Part shown: positions 62,612 to 64,000 of the stretch, piece by piece | How the letters are laid out: every line of letters begins with the position of its first letter | Numbering within the stretch: the first letter of the stretch is position 1 | DNA from: Chitinivibrionales bacterium | GTDB taxonomy: Bacteria > Fibrobacterota > Chitinivibrionia > Chitinivibrionales > WJKA01 | Assembly (NCBI GenBank): GCA_014728215.1 | Contig: WJLZ01000080.1 | Location: 8,755 to 72,754, forward strand | Direction: 5' to 3' | DNA length: 64,000 nucleotides | The notes under the pieces: model-generated | Databases searched by the model: none | Told to the model about the DNA's origin: nothing | The model's input: only the letters and a program-made list of their open reading frames with translations | Made by a program: the position numbers and the translations under genes

Positions 62612-63595
62612 ATGAATGTTCTGGTTGTTGGTGGTGCTGGTTATATCGGAAGTCATGTCGCCCGGGCATTTTTGGATTCCGGCCATACCGTTACCGTCTA
62701 TGATAATCTCAGTCTCGGTTGCCGGGAAAATCTGTTTGATGATGCTGCCTTTGTTGAAGGCGATATTCTCGATTATGACCTTCTGTGCTCCACGATGAAA
62801 CAGGGTTTTGACGGCCTCATTCATCTGGCGGCGTTCAAGGCTGCCGGTGAATCCATGATTGTGCCGGAAAAATATGCAACAAATAATATCAGTGGGACTG
62901 TTTCGTTGTTAAATGCCGCTATGGCAAGGGGGGTAAACAATATCGTGTTCTCTTCTTCCGCGGCCGTCTATGGAGACCAGCAATATCTTCCCGTGGATGA
63001 AAATCATCCGGTTATGCCGGAGAACTTTTACGGCTACACCAAATTGGAAATCGAACGGATGCTCGAGTGGTATTCCCGCTTGAAAGGAATGCATTATGCC
63101 GCGCTTCGCTATTTTAATGCGACAGGGTACGATCATAAGGGAAGAATAACCGGGCTGGAAAAGAACCCGGCGAATCTTCTTCCGATTATCATGGAGGTGG
63201 CGGTCGGTCTGCGAAAAGAGCTTCAGATTTTTGGTGATGATTATTCCACCGGGGACGGCACCTGTATTCGTGATTATATTCACGTCAGCGATCTTGCTCA
63301 TGCTCATGTAAAGGCCCTGGAGTATATCACGGAAAAGGCCAATAATCTAATCGTTAATCTCGGCAGTGAAACCGGTGTCAGTGTCAAGACCATGGTCGAT
63401 GTCGCCCGGAAAATCACCGGAACACCGGTGCCGGCAAATGTTGTCGCCCGCAGACCGGGCGATCCCGAAAAACTGATCGCTTCATCACAAAAAGCATTCG
63501 AACTGCTCGGATGGAAAGCCCGGTACAGCGATGTCGAATCGATTATCGAAAGCACCTGGAATGTCTACCGGAAAAACTTTAATCAGGAAAAATAA
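62612..63595 (+). CDS. galE: UDP-glucose 4-epimerase
   Basis: GGAGYIGSH, HLAAFKAAGES, SSSAAVYG, YGYTK, LRYFN, GTCIRDYIHV, RRPGDP. Confidence 0.95.
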   Translation: MNVLVVGGAGYIGSHVARAFLDSGHTVTVYDNLSLGCRENLFDDAAFVEGDILDYDLLCSTMKQGFDGLIHLAAFKAAGESMIVPEKYATNNISGTVSLLNAAMARGVNNIVFSSSAAVYGDQQYLPVDENHPVMPENFYGYTKLEIERMLEWYSRLKGMHYAALRYFNATGYDHKGRITGLEKNPANLLPIIMEVAVGLRKELQIFGDDYSTGDGTCIRDYIHVSDLAHAHVKALEYITEKANNLIVNLGSETGVSVKTMVDVARKITGTPVPANVVARRPGDPEKLIASSQKAFELLGWKARYSDVESIIESTWNVYRKNFNQEK

Positions 63596-63659
63596 GAGCG
63601 CACCGGTTAAAGCCGGGGCCTGACGTTTTTTTAATACCCCGATTCATCTTTAGGCTTTT

Positions 63660-64000
63660 CTACCACCTGAAAATCATCGATGACGATGCTGATTTGTAAA
63701 GCGAGCGCACCAGGGGGGGAGCATAGAACCGCCGGGCGAATTCGTTGATATCCTTATCACCCTGCTCCCTTTTGAAAATTGAATAGAGAATCGGTCGTTT
63801 CGTGGTATTTGCACCGATTCGTTCGAAGAGAAGGTTCCCTCTATTGTCCCAGATTTGAAGGTGAAATTTTGTTTGGGCCGCGTAGGAAACCGGACGGGAA
63901 TAATGGCCTTCACCGTATTTATCATTACGCCATCCTCTGGGTTGTGCCACCCGGTGCTGGATACAGCATGAGTAGGGAAAGGCGACAAGGTCGACTTTGT
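63660..64000 (-). CDS. 3' end of a hypothetical protein entering from beyond the window
   Basis: Frame open from the window edge: KVDLVAFPYSCCIQHRVAQPRGW...FHLQIWDNRGNLLFERIG...SMIFRW*, convergent with galE. More protein-like than the frame ending at 63674. Confidence 0.55.
   Translation of the reverse strand, partial: KVDLVAFPYSCCIQHRVAQPRGWRNDKYGEGHYSRPVSYAAQTKFHLQIWDNRGNLLFERIGANTTKRPILYSIFKREQGDKDINEFARRFYAPPLVRSLYKSASSSMIFRW

Noticed and set aside
63674-63988. 104-aa minus-strand ORF at the window end
   Set aside because: The overlapping frame ending at 63660 is also open to the edge and reads more like a real protein.
1-64000. CRISPR array, transposase, prophage, defence system, intein, or Sec/Pyl read-through
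   Set aside because: I saw no regularly spaced direct repeats, no such protein motifs, no insertions in dnaB/radA/clpP, and no in-frame stop splitting a recognisable gene. This is by-eye inspection only.

Overview
Mostly core-genome DNA from a diderm bacterium, probably FCB group (Fibrobacterota/Chitinivibrionia-like). That placement is inferred from the PGGD-type MurA, the homodimeric GlyRS and the style of the exported proteins, not from a search. The window holds about 60 CDS: mraY (partial), murA, tig-clpP-clpX, rnhB-purN, yicC-rpoZ-coaBC-udg-dnaB-mlaEF-radA, ispG, a fused lptF-lptG, cpoB-bamD-nadD, nth, tsaB-ddl-glyQS-purC, a polyamine operon, an S1 protein and galE. It also holds tRNA-Leu(TAG), a 6S RNA absent from the ORF track, a CGTC-type REP dimer and a small low-GC islet. 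I saw no CRISPR array, transposase, integrase or prophage. Best candidate for an undescribed system: an AmmeMemoRadiSam operon (33.8-38.6 kb) whose radical SAM enzyme has a twin-arginine-like leader and whose MEMO1-AMMECR1 fusion has a lipoprotein-like signal, followed by a polytopic membrane protein with a catalytically degenerate spermidine-synthase fold. A second, leaderless radical SAM paralog lies about 3 kb downstream. Other leads: a speD-speE-ODC-speE operon with two different aminopropyltransferases, and strong enrichment of Bacteroidota-type D-[ST]-[AILVMT] O-glycosylation sequons in exported proteins. Family assignments come from motif recognition by eye; no database searches were run.
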